Positions 12,320 through 26,063 of a stretch of DNA of 64,000 nt are shown here, in pieces; within the stretch, counting starts at the first letter, position 1, and each line of letters starts with the position of its first letter. The stretch is from positions 1 through 64,000 of the forward strand of contig NGBS01001160.1 in the NCBI GenBank assembly GCA_002245135.1, in the 5' to 3' direction. The notes below the pieces were generated by a model. That model did no database searches, was not told the DNA's origin, and worked only from the letters and a program-made list of their open reading frames with translations. The DNA is from Proteromonas lacertae. Its lineage: Eukaryota. A program made the translations under genes and the position numbers.

Positions 12320-12824
12320 TTAAATTCCACCCATATCCTGAAATGGAGTATTTGGAGGTTGAAACTGAATGGAATTATTAATCGAATTATTAGCAGAACT
12401 GTTTTGAACTGATATTGAAGTTGGAGTAACTACTTGTCTTCTGTTAGTATTTGGTGTTGATGTTCTATTAGGTATATTAGTTCCTGATCCTACTGGAGCA
12501 ACATTAATTGTAATAGAATCCTTTGACGATTTATGAATATTCATTTGTGTCATTTCTATCTCATCTGGTCTGTTATTATTATTCTTTACATCTATTTCAT
12601 TAACACTATTATTATCTTCTTCCCAAGCTATTGAGGCTACTAATCTAGTACCATCTTCATTTAATACTTCTCGTTTACACACTGGACACATATCTTTCTG
12701 ACGTAACCATTGATCAATACATTCAGGATGGAATATGTGTTGACATGGTAATACTTTGATTTTTTCATTCTCTATGAACTCTATTATACAGATTGTACAA
12801 CATGTTTGTTGATGGTGTTTACTC

Positions 12825-12862
<38 letters not shown>

Positions 12863-14213
12863 TATACTGCAGCAAATTCTTCTTTTACTATAGTATCTAA
12901 TATATCCTCAGGAACAATTCTTTGAGCTGCTCCATGTAACATTCTCTCAATCTATTAGCAATAATAATAATAATAATATATACATCAATAGCTTGTCTTT
13001 CAAACCTTCTTCTAGCAATATAACTCAATAAACAATATAAGCAACAACACATCATTAGACCAATTAATACAACACATCCAGCTCCAATTAAATAATACAT
13101 CAATGGATTAAATATATCTTCTTCTGCTTTTTGGAAAGATGCAGTTGTTAAATTCAATATAAAATAGTCAGTTTTTCTGATTTCAGTTCCTGATCCACCA
13201 ACAACCAATAAAATATCATTTTTTATTACAATACTTTCATGTTGCCATACTCCATAATTTTCATCTTTCACTTCTAACAATTTCCTATTCAATATATCAT
13301 ATAACAACGTTCTTTCTGACAAATAGAACCTATCAGAATAATGGAATGTTCCTCCAGGAAATACTAAATAATGTTTCCAACCAACACCATTAGAATATTC
13401 TCGATTTAAATCTGGACCATCAAATGATATATAAGTAGGAGGATCTTTTGGTATTGATGTGTCATATTGATACAATGATTTTGTGTATTGCTTATTTTGA
13501 TCATAACCTCCAAAATAAGTAATTAATTTTCTTTTTTTACCATTTTCATCTTCAATTTCATTCAATGAAGATGCAAAACTGTATCTTTTTGCTGAATCAA
13601 AATTTTTAGATGTATAACTTTCAAGCTCTAGTGTATTCAAATCAAAATAAGAAATAGAATTATATATTTCATTATTTTTAGGACCATATTTACCACCAAT
13701 TAAAGCAACTTTATGAAGATCTTCAATGTAATATGCTCTTGAACCACCATATGGATATTCGGCTGATGTTATATTCCCAAGGGAATCACTGCTGATATTA
13801 TAGTATAATATCGATTCACGGTCTTCAGGATATACAGATTCACCTCCAAATAGAAATATACAATTTTTGAACTCTCCAGATGGTATATATACCTAAAAGA
13901 TAGAATAATACATTATAAAATAGATAATATATACAGCAGCATGGTTATATATGTCTAAGGTAGTAGTCTTCTCTTCAAATTGTATATCGTCACAACTGTT
14001 ATAAGTAATCTTATATATAGATTTATTGGGGATGCTATTTTTATTAAGACCATATCCTTTAATTCCTCCTATCAAGTAGAAATCATCACCAACAACGGTA
14101 GCTGTAAATGAAACTCTATCGGAAGCAGTTATGCGTCTTGATTCATCTAAACATCTTCTCCACTGCAAAGAAGCTTTCAATAACAATAGAAAAAAAATAA
14201 ATTTGTTATTCAT
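12320..14213 (-). CDS. Signal peptide + Kelch repeats + TM + RING-H2 E3 ubiquitin ligase
   Basis: Hydrophobic N-terminus, Kelch GG motifs (YLIGG, LFGG, LIGG, YFGG, FPGG, VVGG), a TM helix, then CTICIIEF...LPCQHIFHPECIDQWL...CPVC in the last exon. Confidence 0.85.
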
Positions 14214-14282
14214 CTCAAACCAGAATCAAACAACAGTAAGACAAAAAAAACCACTCTAAAACTTTACATAAATAACAGCTAT

Positions 14283-15040
14283 TTAAACTATTTTCTTATG
14301 AGCATACACTGTGAAAGGACCAGGAGTCATAAAATACGTTTCAGATGATAAAATCTGCCAATGATCTGAAGGTAGTTCTATTTATCCAATAAACAAGTAA
14401 AATACTGTGATGATAAGTGATAAATATTGTTCCAATCCTACAGGTTTCAGTTTTCTCTACTAATTTATTCATCATTTCAGAAGAAAAACAAGCTGATTAT
14501 GTTAAATTAAAGATTTAATTTTAGCCATAGATATGAAAATGATATTGCAGCAAAAATAAGTTTAGCATCATCGAAATTAAACTTAAACATGTCATCATTC
14601 ACAAATTCTATTTGTTTTGGCTATGATTTTAATAAAGACAATTACATTCATACGTTTTCACACAACAATTTATATTTTTCCAGAAGAGTTAATGAAATAT
14701 TGTATAATGATTTGATCAATTCAATTCCAAAATATTTTGTACAGTTTAATAGCAATGCTGTTCCTATAACACCTTTACCTGCACCACTTCCTAAATCATA
14801 AAATGCTCCTTCTAGCGTTATTTGCGGTTTTACAGAATCAATCTACAATATAATGTAAACAAGCATTAAAATGCAAAATACAATATCACACCATGAATCA
14901 AACTCTATTTCGCCATAGTTCAATGTAGCATCTTCTATATTATTATCTTCTCTTTCTGATATAGATGCAGCATTGGTGACAAAATCAGGGAAAGAGTCTG
15001 TTATTTCATTAAACAAATCAGTTTCTTTTTTATATGACAT
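14283..15040 (-). CDS. DOT1-like class I SAM-dependent methyltransferase
   Basis: Spliced: LNYGEIEF...FYDLGSGAGKGVIGTALL...YFGIEL. Stop at 14283. Mostly missed by the ORF track. Confidence 0.75.
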
Positions 15041-15051
15041 TTTGTATTAAG

Positions 15052-15062
15052 CTCGGCTTGAC
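15052..15062 (+). promoter_or_regulatory. CTCGGCTTGAC candidate promoter element in a 54-bp bidirectional promoter
   Basis: An identical 11-mer lies at 26935-26945 in another divergent promoter. Confidence 0.6.
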
Positions 15063-15094
15063 TAGATTTTTCTTTTTTTTTCTTTTTAGAGTAA

Positions 15095-15496
15095 ATGGTG
15101 AAAATTATAGATGGAGAAATTGTTGCAGATAATGATCCAAGAGTAAGACAACGTCAAGGTGCTGGAAATACTGGAGGTATACCAATTCCTAATGCTGGTC
15201 CAAGAGCTCCAATACCACATGCAGGGGGTGGAGGTCAAAACCCACTTATGATGATTGCAGAAAAAATAGGAATAGCTGATAAATATTTAACTGTTCCACC
15301 TTTTTTTGGAAATCCTGAAAGGAATATACCTTATATATACTTAGCAGTGTTAGTTTTGTTTATCTTTTTCTTTGGATTAAAGGCTGGAGTTTTAATCGCC
15401 ATTTTCTATTATGTTTTTAGTACACCTGCTCCATTACCACCACCACCAACACAAGAACAGGAGAGAGAAGCACACAGAAGAAATAATATCAATTAA
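15095..15496 (+). CDS. Small membrane protein (FAM241/DUF4605-like)
   Basis: MVKIIDGEIVADNDPR N-terminus and a C-terminal hydrophobic hairpin. Intronless, 133 aa. Confidence 0.55.
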   Translation: MVKIIDGEIVADNDPRVRQRQGAGNTGGIPIPNAGPRAPIPHAGGGGQNPLMMIAEKIGIADKYLTVPPFFGNPERNIPYIYLAVLVLFIFFFGLKAGVLIAIFYYVFSTPAPLPPPPTQEQEREAHRRNNIN

Positions 15497-15521
15497 TAAT
15501 AATAAGAGTTTAAGATTTCAA

Positions 15522-16300
15522 TTAATTTTCTTTCATTTCATAGTTTTGCATTGCTTTGGATATATTACTTTCATCAAAAGCAAAATCAAAAGAATTATTG
15601 AATAATACATCATCTCTTTTACTTGTTCTTTCCTCATTCTTCTTTGATCCATTCTTATTCTCTTTTAGGAAAGATATATAATCATTAATTTCAATTCTTT
15701 CATCTTCAGATAATTCATCAATGTCTTTTGCATATTGTATTAACTCAATTAACTCTTTTTCAGTGATATTTAAAGACTTTAATAATAAGAACTCATTGTA
15801 TTTCTTATTGACATTATATTTTAAAATAATCTGTTTTTGAAATTGCTTATTTTTCCATATATAAGGAATTATTTTCTTAATTTCACTTACAAAGGTTGAA
15901 AATAGTATATTATTAAAGTTATTATCATTGTTCATACATGATGTAATAAGATTAAATACATAACTATTCTGATTTGCCTTATTAGTAGGTAATAATTGAT
16001 AGAACAATGAAATAAACTGAGTTGATAAATGTTTATTCTCTTTTAAATATGATAATACCAGTTGTGAATAATACATTGATGGTATTTCTCCTTTCTTTAT
16101 AAGTTCCAATATCTCAGTATATATAATAGATAAATAATTACTTTCATTTATAGTGAGTAATGATTGTAATGAAATAAACACTATTTGATTATATATATAA
16201 TGATATATATACATTTATTAGGTGATTCATATGGTAATAAATGAAGAATATTGTAAAGAGCATGTTCTTTTACATTGTATGATGTAATATTGGTATTATT

Positions 16301-16337
<37 letters not shown>

Positions 16338-18727
16338 TAATAATATTCAACAATAGATTATAATAATGGTCAAATAAATCTGATGCTTTTGAGGCTAATA
16401 ATGTGACTATTTCACATGCAATTATTGTCAATGACTCTATCTTTATATTATCTATTAACAATGACTCAATAAATGGTATAAATTCTGATGGTAATCCTTT
16501 GCTGATATAATTATTCTATACAATATATATATATATATATATATTAATACAATTATCTGTATATTCTTTTCATTTTCATTCTGTTGTATCTCAATGACAA
16601 ATGGACTAAAATTTAACCATAAAAACAATATATATATATATATATATATATACTAATAGTAATTAAGCAATAATTCATTCAACTTTGTATTATTTATAGT
16701 CAATAATATAAACTCATTCTGAATAATATGATTTAAGAAATATAATAATATATTCATCTAATATAAAATATTTAAAACTCAATATAATATTATTATACTT
16801 TCAGCGTATTTACCCCATTCTTTTCTATGTCATTGATTTGCTCATATATGAAATCATCCAAAACATGAAACTGATGTAATATAAATATAATATCCTTCCA
16901 TATTGATATAGAATATGAGAATGAATTCCTATATATATTTGGTAAATGCTTTATAATTGATGATAATAACAACTCATTCTTGGATAAAATAGAATATCTT
17001 AGCAATATAAATATAGTATCAGAATCATTAATACTACTGAATGATTGCATTTTAAATGATAAAGTCGAATATAAATCATCACTAAAACCTTCATTAGTCA
17101 ATGTATAGTATAAAGTAACAATTTCTATAGGAAAACCAGTGTAATCTAATGTATATAACTTATTATTCAAACTATCAACTATTGATTTCATTACAATTGG
17201 ATATTCTTTGATTAAATAGGATATAAAGTATATAAACTTCTCATATAACTTCTCATTCTTGTTTGTGGCATATAACTCCATATCATATAAATATTGTGCT
17301 ATAATATGACACTCTTCATCTGATATTAACAATATTATGAAATTGAATATTAATTGATTAATATTATCAGCTTTATGAGTTGAATAGAGTGATAGTAACT
17401 TATATATATCATAATCTATATATTGTCTTGTTTCATTCATGAAAGTTAATATTATATTATATTCCTCCTCTTTATTACACTTTGTTAATAGTAATTTATA
17501 TGTCATATTGATCATATATATATTCATTTCTTCTTTATGCTCAGTTGCATTGATAAATGGTAATATATATTTAATAACATCAAAGTATTTCGTATATAAA
17601 CTATTATTTTCACTTTCTACTAATGTTTGACTGATTATTCTGAAACTTAACCAATAGAAATCGTTCTTCATTTTATCTGGTAAATATTCTATTAATTCTT
17701 TCATATTGTTTAATATGAATAACTGTATTTTATATGTATTATGATATAATGCAAATAAGAATAAGTGATAATTGCTTATAGGTAATGAATGATAATGGTT
17801 GCACAATAATAACAACATACTCAAGCCAAATCTGATTATATCATTCTTACTGTTTGATTTGATTATCTTTTGAATGTATTGAATGTATATTAATCCAATT
17901 GATGGTTTATTTTTTACAAAAGTTAATAAGAATGATGATATTGATGGGTTAAATGTAGTATTTATACCTTCAAATAATGGTGATATGATTTTATAGATGA
18001 TTTTGTAGTTTTGCTCTTCCTCGATTAACTTTGAAAATGTCTCTCCTAATATTTCTGCTAATGTAATGCAATTATTCTCTATAATTACTTCTCTTATTTT
18101 CAGAGTGTTCATTTCATTAGGATACATTGATAAGAATGTGATAATACTATAAATCAACGGATTGTATGATGTTGGTTTCAATTTTGGATAGGATTTGTAG
18201 TTTATTTGTCTAAGATATGATGCAATGAAGTAAAATAACCCCTCTAATACTGAGTATAATGGTGTGGTATAAATTTGTTTCACTATCTCTTCGACAAATA
18301 CAGATTTAGCAACATAATATAATAGACTTATGTTAGTTTTAATAATATCCTCAGTTTCTACTGACAAATGGGAGTGTATAACATGATAGCTAATTAAGCA
18401 TATCCTGGAACTAATTTCGTTTTTTTCACCATCAGTCAATAATGTAGATCCTGCTTTTATACCACTCTTAATGAAGAGACATATAAATCTTAGCAATGAC
18501 TCGTTGAGCTTTGGTTCATAGGAGATAACTTCATAAATGGCTGCTTGCAATGATTCTGGTGATTTTGTAACAAGGTAATCCTCATATTTATGTCTCTCAG
18601 ACGAAATGAGATTCTTAATTGCTTCTCTATACTCATCAACCTGAGATTCATCGCATATACCATCATATATCAGTTTAAGGTTGTTGTTTATGGTTAATTT
18701 TGCTTTATTTTGACAATTGATATTCAT
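15522..18727 (-). CDS. Large uncharacterised alpha-helical protein, multi-exon
   Basis: 647-aa ORF plus downstream exons joined by TA-rich GT-AG introns. No motif recognised; start uncertain. Confidence 0.55.
16306..16334. repeat. (TA)n microsatellite inside an intron
   Basis: Long TA tract next to the minus-strand GT donor. Similar tracts at ~1992-2015, ~16523-16543 and ~16628-16652. Confidence 0.85.
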
Positions 18728-18855
18728 CTTCGCCAAATGGCTGAAATCTATCCCTTTTTATTATTGGTTTATATTCACAGTTTTTATATTTTAGTGATAT
18801 TTATATGTTAACCAATCAAAAATGAATTAAAATCAGTCATTATTTAAGAATCCAT

Positions 18856-19689
18856 TTAATTCTTTTTGGTTTGGTTAGCAACAGCAGCAACACGAGCTAA
18901 TACTTCGTCTTTGTTTCCTAAATATCTACCTCTTAATGGAGCAATAGCATCTGGATGTGGAACAATTTGGTTATTCTTATCAAAGTCATAAACAAGTGGA
19001 ACACCAGTTGGGATATTTAATCCTGTGATTTTATCTGTTGGTATATTATCTAAATATTTTACTAAAGCACGGAGACTGTTGCCATGAGCAGCAATGATAA
19101 TTCTCTTTCCTTTGCTTAATTGTGGGAAGATAGTGTGATTCCAGAATGGTAATACACGTTCTTCAGTTAAAGCTAATGATTCAGCTTTTGGAATTAAGGT
19201 TTTCTTTACTCTCTTGTATCTTCTATCAATGCATGGATATTTTTCTTGTTTTGGATCCATTGGTGGTGGTGGAATATCATAAGATCTTCTCCATTCTAAT
19301 ACTTGCTTTTCTCCGTATTTTTGGACAGTTTCTACTTTGTTTAATCCTTGTAATGAACCATAGTGACGTTCATTTAATCTCCAGCTGTTTTCAATTGGTA
19401 CCCACATTTGGTCACTCTCTTCTAAAGCACACCATAAAGTCTTAATTGCTCTCTTTAAAACTGAGGTGTATGCAATATCAAATTCCAATCCTTCTTCTTT
19501 GATGAGTTTACCTCCAGCACGAGCTTCTTGTTCACCTTTATCTGATAATGGAACATCTACCCATCCTGTGAATAAATTCTTCTTGTTCCAGTCACTTTGA
19601 CCGTGACGGATCAATACCAATTGGTTGACAACTCCTGGTCTTAAAGTGCTAAATGCACGTAAGTTTCTTAAAGAACGGATTGCAAGCAT
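18856..19689 (-). CDS. gpmA: 2,3-bisphosphoglycerate-dependent phosphoglycerate mutase with a predicted mitochondrial presequence
   Basis: [22 protein letters not shown] and AAHGNSLR motifs. N-terminal extension [17 protein letters not shown] is Arg-rich and has no acidic residues. Confidence 0.95.
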   Translation of the reverse strand: MLAIRSLRNLRAFSTLRPGVVNQLVLIRHGQSDWNKKNLFTGWVDVPLSDKGEQEARAGGKLIKEEGLEFDIAYTSVLKRAIKTLWCALEESDQMWVPIENSWRLNERHYGSLQGLNKVETVQKYGEKQVLEWRRSYDIPPPPMDPKQEKYPCIDRRYKRVKKTLIPKAESLALTEERVLPFWNHTIFPQLSKGKRIIIAAHGNSLRALVKYLDNIPTDKITGLNIPTGVPLVYDFDKNNQIVPHPDAIAPLRGRYLGNKDEVLARVAAVANQTKKN

Positions 19690-19931
19690 TTTTCTATTAG
19701 ATAATATTATAAATGTTTCAAATAAAAGGTTTTAAAAAATAATAAATGTATATACATACTCAAAAAAGCAAAAAATGATTTTATGGTATTTAAGTCCTGG
19801 TCAAAATAGATTGAAACAGATATAATACATTTGCTATATTTTTAAAAAATTCTATAATGCACATTTTAGCTTGATTCTGTGTTTGATATTTGAATTTTTC
19901 ATCTCTTCAAAAATAGTAATGATCAAGCACA

Positions 19932-21483
19932 ATGAATAAATCTATGTTATGTTATCGAAATAAAAGTGTATTTGCAAATGTTCTGAGGTTTAAGTTTGCT
20001 TCCAAGCAATTATGTTTCCTATCTTCCAATATAAACGACAAGTATCTAATTGAATTATTCTTAATATGTAGAGAGTATCATGTGACTCAAAAGGGTGTAG
20101 AATTTTCATCGAAAAACAAAAACAAATCAAACCAATTAGTTTGGAAATCAACATCAAGCCATGTATATACCATTATTCTATCCAATAACTAATAGAAAAC
20201 TACTATAGATAAAGCAAAGAATTGGAGAAATGAAGTTATCGATGCTTTTCTCCCTAAAGGCTATCCTCATTCGGTAAAGCCACAATATCTTAGATATAGT
20301 ATTTTAAATGGTATTGGTATGGCGGCGTCCACTGGTACAGGAGTATTATCAACTCAATCTTTACTGTATATTATTTATTTTTTATTATTTATATATATAC
20401 ATATCAATAGATTAGCTGTTGGTTTGAGTGCATCTACAGCAATTCCAATATCAGGAGGCTTAAATTGGGTACTAAAAGATGGTCTAGGTCAACTAGGTGG
20501 AATAATATTCGCTAGTTTAGTAAACACTCATTTAGATGAAGATCCAAAACATTGGAGATTTGTAACAGCATTATTATTAGAAATATCAACTTTCTTAGAA
20601 GTGTTAAGTCCATTTTTCCCAGGTTATTTCTTATTAGTCGCTTCACTAGCAAATGTTGGTAAAAATGTAGCTTGGTTGTTAGGTGGAGGAAGTAGAGCTG
20701 GAATTCATAAATCATTGTGTAAAAAAGAGAATTTAGGTGATATAACCGCTAAATGTGGTTCACAAGTTACATTTTGTACATTATTCGGTACTGCTGCTGG
20801 TATTGCTGTTAGTCCCTTTATTGGAGGTTCGCCATTAGGTTTGTTTATATCCTATGCAATATTTGCATCTATTCATTTATCATGCATATTCTTTGCTGTT
20901 ACTGATGTTGAATTAAACACTTTGAATTGGCAAAGATCGTATTTTTTAACTACAAAGTATATAAATGATGGTGTTATTGATATACCAAAAGTGATTGCTC
21001 ATACTGAACACACGTTTTTCCCTGGGATTACATTTAGACCAAAAATACCACTAACTTTAGGATATCCATTGAATAAAGCATTTCCTAATCCAGATTTGTT
21101 TATTAGAAGAATGAATTTGATTGAATAATAATAAAGAATATGTTATTTCGTTGATTAGGAAGAAGAAATGGTATGATAGTAATATACCATCGATTTGTGT
21201 TTTGTATAATAATGATAAAACAAACAATAAAGTTTTACTAAAGTCTTACCTACATGGACATTATATTAGGAAGTTACTATTGAAAGAAGATGGTGATATC
21301 GATATGGATAAGTTTGAGAAATGGTATAGCAATCCAGTTGATTTTGATGAAGTGATTAAAGAAACATATGAACAAACTTGTAAAAAATTTGATTTATATT
21401 ACGATGAATTAGTAAATAAGGGATGGAATACTGAGAGTCTATTTTTTGATAACGAAAAATACAGATTTACTCAGAAATCGTAA
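19932..21483 (+). CDS. RUS/DUF647 family protein (one unexplained frameshift at ~21123)
   Basis: FLPKGYPHSV, LNWVLKDGLGQLGGI and ENLGDITAK motifs. Confidence 0.85.
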
Positions 21484-21700
21484 TTATATATATTTAAATA
21501 TATTATATTGTCTGTGATTAATTTTGAATTTGTGGTTTAGATAAATCAACTATATCACAATAATTGGATTTTTTCATTTATGAAAATTGGTGTATCAGAA
21601 TTTTCGTATACCCTTTCATTTTCAATTGCTTGACTCGTGAATAATAACCAATCAAAGTACATTCATCAACAAACTAATTCATTAGCATTTTTAACACTTA

Positions 21701-23041
21701 ATGTCATCAACAAGTATATATATTACTAGTTTTCATAATGTATGTTGCATTTCTTGCAACTCTGTCATATCTTTAACTCTATAAGTTCAGTATTATTAAT
21801 CCTCTTTAGATCCTCCATCTGCTGATGCTGAAGGAGCTTCAGCCCCTGAGAAAACCTTCGAATCCAACTGGGATGAACAAGTAGAATCCTTCGATGATAT
21901 GAAATTAAAAGAAACATTACTTAGAGGTATTTACGGTTATGGTTTTGAAAGACCATCAACCATTCAACAAGTATAACATTATTACACTATTTATAAATAG
22001 AAAGCTATTATGCCAATAATAAGTGGTAGAGATACCATCGCCCAAGCTCAATCAGGTTGTGGTAAAACAGGTACATTCGCTGTAGCTTTATTACAACAAA
22101 TCAACGAAGAAGTAAATTCTTGTCAAGCTTTAGTTTTATCTCCAACAAGAGAATTAGCTTTACAAACACAAAAAGTCATCCAATCCCTTAGTGAATATAT
22201 GAATATTAAAGTTCATGCATGTATTGGTGGTACTGCCTTACGAGATGACATCACAACTCTACAAAGTGGAGTACATGTCGTTGTTGGAACACCAGGTCGT
22301 GTAAATGATATGATCAACAGAGGTATCTTAAGATTAGAATCAATGAAATTATTCATATTAGATGAAGCTGATGATTTATTATCAAGAGGTTTTATGGATC
22401 AAATCCACGAAATTTTCCAATTTTTACCACCACATGTTCAAGTTGCATTATTCTCAGCAACAATGCCAGCTGAAATATTAGAAGTGACTAGCAAATTCAT
22501 GAGAGATCCAGCTATGATCTTAATTAAGAAAGAAGAATTAACCTTGGAAGGTATTAAACAATTTTACATTCAAGTTGAAAAAGAAGAGTGGAAGTTTGAA
22601 ACACTTTGTGATTTATATGAAACTCTTACTATTACACAATCAATAATATATTGTAATACAAGAAGAAAGGTAGATTGGTTAACAGATAAGATGGTAGAAA
22701 AGAAATTCACTGTATCTTCAATGCATGGAGATATGGAAATGAGACAAAGAGAAAATATTATGAGAGATTTCAGATCAGGTGCTTCAAGAGTATTGATTAC
22801 TACTGATTTATTAGCAAGAGGTATTGATGTACAACAAGTATCATTAGTTATTAACTATGATTTGCCACCAAATCGTGAGAATTATATTCACAGAATTGGT
22901 AGATCTGGTCGTTTTGGTAGAAAAGGAGCTGCTATTAACTTCTTAGTTGAAGGTGATGATGTTTATCTTAAAGATATTATTGAATTTTACAATACTTCTA
23001 TTGAAGAAATGCCTTCAAATATTGCTGATCTTATTAAGTAA
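21701..23041 (+). CDS. EIF4A: Translation initiation factor eIF4A (DEAD-box helicase)
   Basis: [31 protein letters not shown] and [10 protein letters not shown] motifs. Introns at 21714-21809 and 21971-22000. Confidence 0.96.
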
Positions 23042-23211
23042 ATATAAATAATTATTGTTCATAAAAAAATATAATAATTATAAAAATAATTATCTTTGTG
23101 GTGTTTTTTTAAAAACTATATTATCATGAAAATGTTTGTGTAGTTTATTGGGTTATTATTTATAAACACAATAATCAGGTATATATATTATATTAAATTA
23201 AATAATACAAT

Positions 23212-24029
23212 CTAAATCTCTTCTTGATTTGGTGGAGTATTACTATTTCTTCTATTACTTCTATTTGACTCAGAACAAGACACAAAAGGAATTGAAACAT
23301 CAGTTGTTAACATCAAACTTCTTAATGTAACAAAAGTTATGATAATTAACAAAACTATCAACCAAAATGGAGATAGCCATGTTTCAATCATCGGACAAGG
23401 GATGAAACCGAATGAAAATGAAAAAAGATCCACACCTAAAGAAAATTGGTTAGGATCTATTACAGTTAATAACGCAATTACTAAAAATGCAACTGTTGCT
23501 GGAGGTATTGACATTCCTAATAGTTTAATGAAAGTTTTTATATAAACGGAAGATATTATTCCTGAACACATACACAAAAGAGGTATTGAACTACTAATTG
23601 GGATAAAATCATTGTTATAATTGAATAAAAATGAGCCAATTATATGTGTTATCACGAAATTAAATCCTAATAGAATTGTCATATCATATATAAGAAATGC
23701 GACAAATTTGTAAGTTGTTAGTTGAATTTCGGCATAAACTATTCATATATCGAAATAAAAAATATACACATAACAGGTATAAAAGCTAATGAAACATAAT
23801 ACATAAGATTTGTATTTACTAAGTGAGATACAACTAAACGATAATATTCTTTTTTGATAATAACCTATTCACATATTCTTGAAATAGAATACCTTCTGAT
23901 AAGTACAAGAAACCTGATTTGGAGTGATATATCTCAATCTAGGGATGAAATGAACCTAAAAGCATAAAATTTCAATAATACAATAGTTATTGAAACCAAA
24001 AAAATGGTCGAGAAAAATATATCTATCAT
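23212..24029 (-). CDS. Multi-pass membrane protein, possibly an inactive rhomboid-like protein
   Basis: Several TM segments. EYYRLVVSHLV resembles the rhomboid WR loop, but the catalytic GxSG/H residues are not clearly present. Confidence 0.45.
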
Positions 24030-24144
24030 ATTAGAAGAGAAAACAATGATGAAAACAGAAAAGGAAGCAAGCTTGTGTTGATAAGAATCAAGCCTATACT
24101 AACAAAACAATCATAATAAAACAAAACAACTATTCTTATTTATT

Positions 24145-26029
24145 CTATTTATTAAATTTACCCTTTTTATTGCTTTTACCACCAGTTGGAATATCATTTC
24201 TCTTTCTTTTCATCTGTAATTTGAAATGAGTTGTATATTTATCTCTCCATTTCAGCCAATCAGCTTTTATCTCTTCATCTGTCTCAATCCTCATAAATGA
24301 GTTTTCTATCTCTGGTACTATTACTCCTTCATTAATTTTGACATTATCTTCTTTGTTATTATCTTCAGAATCTTTAAAGTATAAAGGATTATCAACTAAT
24401 GATGTAGTCTTCTTTATAGAATACCAAGGCAGATCTGCACTACTTTTTTTGTTATTCTCAATTATTGTAGATGTTGATAATTCATTATCTTTTGTTTCTT
24501 CTTCTTCTTCATTTTTAAAGAATGTAAATGGTTTATTATCACTACTGGCAAATAGAGATGACAAAGATCCAGCTGTTTCTATATATCTACCTTTTTCTGT
24601 ATCATAATTATTCTCGCTTTGTTTTTTATCTTTCTTTTTATCATCTTTACTATTATTTTCATTGTTTTCTTCATTGCTCTCATTTTCTTCATTTTCTTCC
24701 TTAGTCAATGTTGGATCATATCTTTGAATTCCTTGATAATCATCTGTAATGATTTCTGATTTCTGTTTAACTGTAGTTCCAAACATTTCTGTTAATATAT
24801 TCATTGCTCTTTCCTGTTCATTCTCTATATTCTCATCATTCTCATTTTCTTCTTTTTCACTCTCATTATCTGAATCCATAAATCTTTCATCTATTTTGAA
24901 ACGATCATCTCCATTTTCTATTCTCTTTTGCATTTCAAATAATTTCCTTCCTTTTTTCCCTTCAAATTGCTTTTTTATTTCGAATCGTTTTTGATCATCA
25001 TCATCATCAGAATTATCATCACTTTCATCTAAATTATTTGATTCATTATCATCATCAGAATTATCATTATTACTATCACTATCAAATAAAGTATTCTTTT
25101 TATAATCTATGAATTCTAATAATGTGTTATTATTATTATTGGAAGAGTCATTTTCATTAGAATCATCATCACTATCATCAAACACTACTCTTTTATTCTT
25201 AGATGGAGCAATTTTCATATTTGTTTCTGGTAATAAACGATTATTCATTTCTAGTCTTTTTTGAGCTTCTTCAATTGCTTTTAGACGTTTTTCATTTGCC
25301 AATCGTTTTTTCTATAAATATAATAATTAATATATATAATTAAATACTTCTTCCTTTGAGAGTTTTGGTTTATTTTCTTTGTTTTTGTCTATTTTCTGTA
25401 TTGTTTTATCACTTTCTTCTTTATTATCATTATCTTCATCTTCATTTTCATCTAGACTCTTCTCTTCTTCTAATGCTTCATTTTTACTCACTATTTTATC
25501 ACTATCACTATCACTGTCATTACTTTCTTCATTTTCACTTTCATCTATACTCTCCTCTTCTAATATCTCCTTTTTATCTTCATCTTCTAATTCCTTCTTT
25601 TCATCTGATGGAATTGTAGTTTTAGGAAAAGATATTTCATCATCATTATCATCACTTTCATTACTTTCTTCATCTAAACTATCTTCTTCTTCTAATTCCT
25701 TCTTTTCTTCAAAAGGAATTGTTGTTTTAGGAAAAGATATTTCATCATTATTATCATCACTTTCATTTTCACTTTCATCTATACTCTCCTCTTCTAATAT
25801 CTCCTTTTTATCTTCATCTTCTTCACTGCTATTATCTTCTCTATTTTCTTCATTATTCTCTTCATCTTCATCTAAACTTTCTTCTTCTTCTAATTCTTTC
25901 TTCTTTTCTTCAGAAGGAATAATTGTTTTAGGAAAAGATATTTCATCATCATTATCACTGTCTTTCTCTTGAGTAGGTAAAACCGTATGAGGAAAAGAGA
26001 TCTCATCATCACTATCATCTGACTATCAA

Positions 26030-26063
<34 letters not shown>

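Noticed and set aside
25529..25960. CRISPR-like spaced repeats
   Set aside because: The spacers are themselves repetitive, the repeats are in-frame coding sequence of a eukaryotic gene, and there are no cas genes.
25356..25972. Plus-strand Ser/Leu-rich ORFs (also 5665-6250, 24338-24994, 58714-59352, 61006-61344)
   Set aside because: Antisense shadows of Glu/Asp/Lys-rich minus-strand exons.
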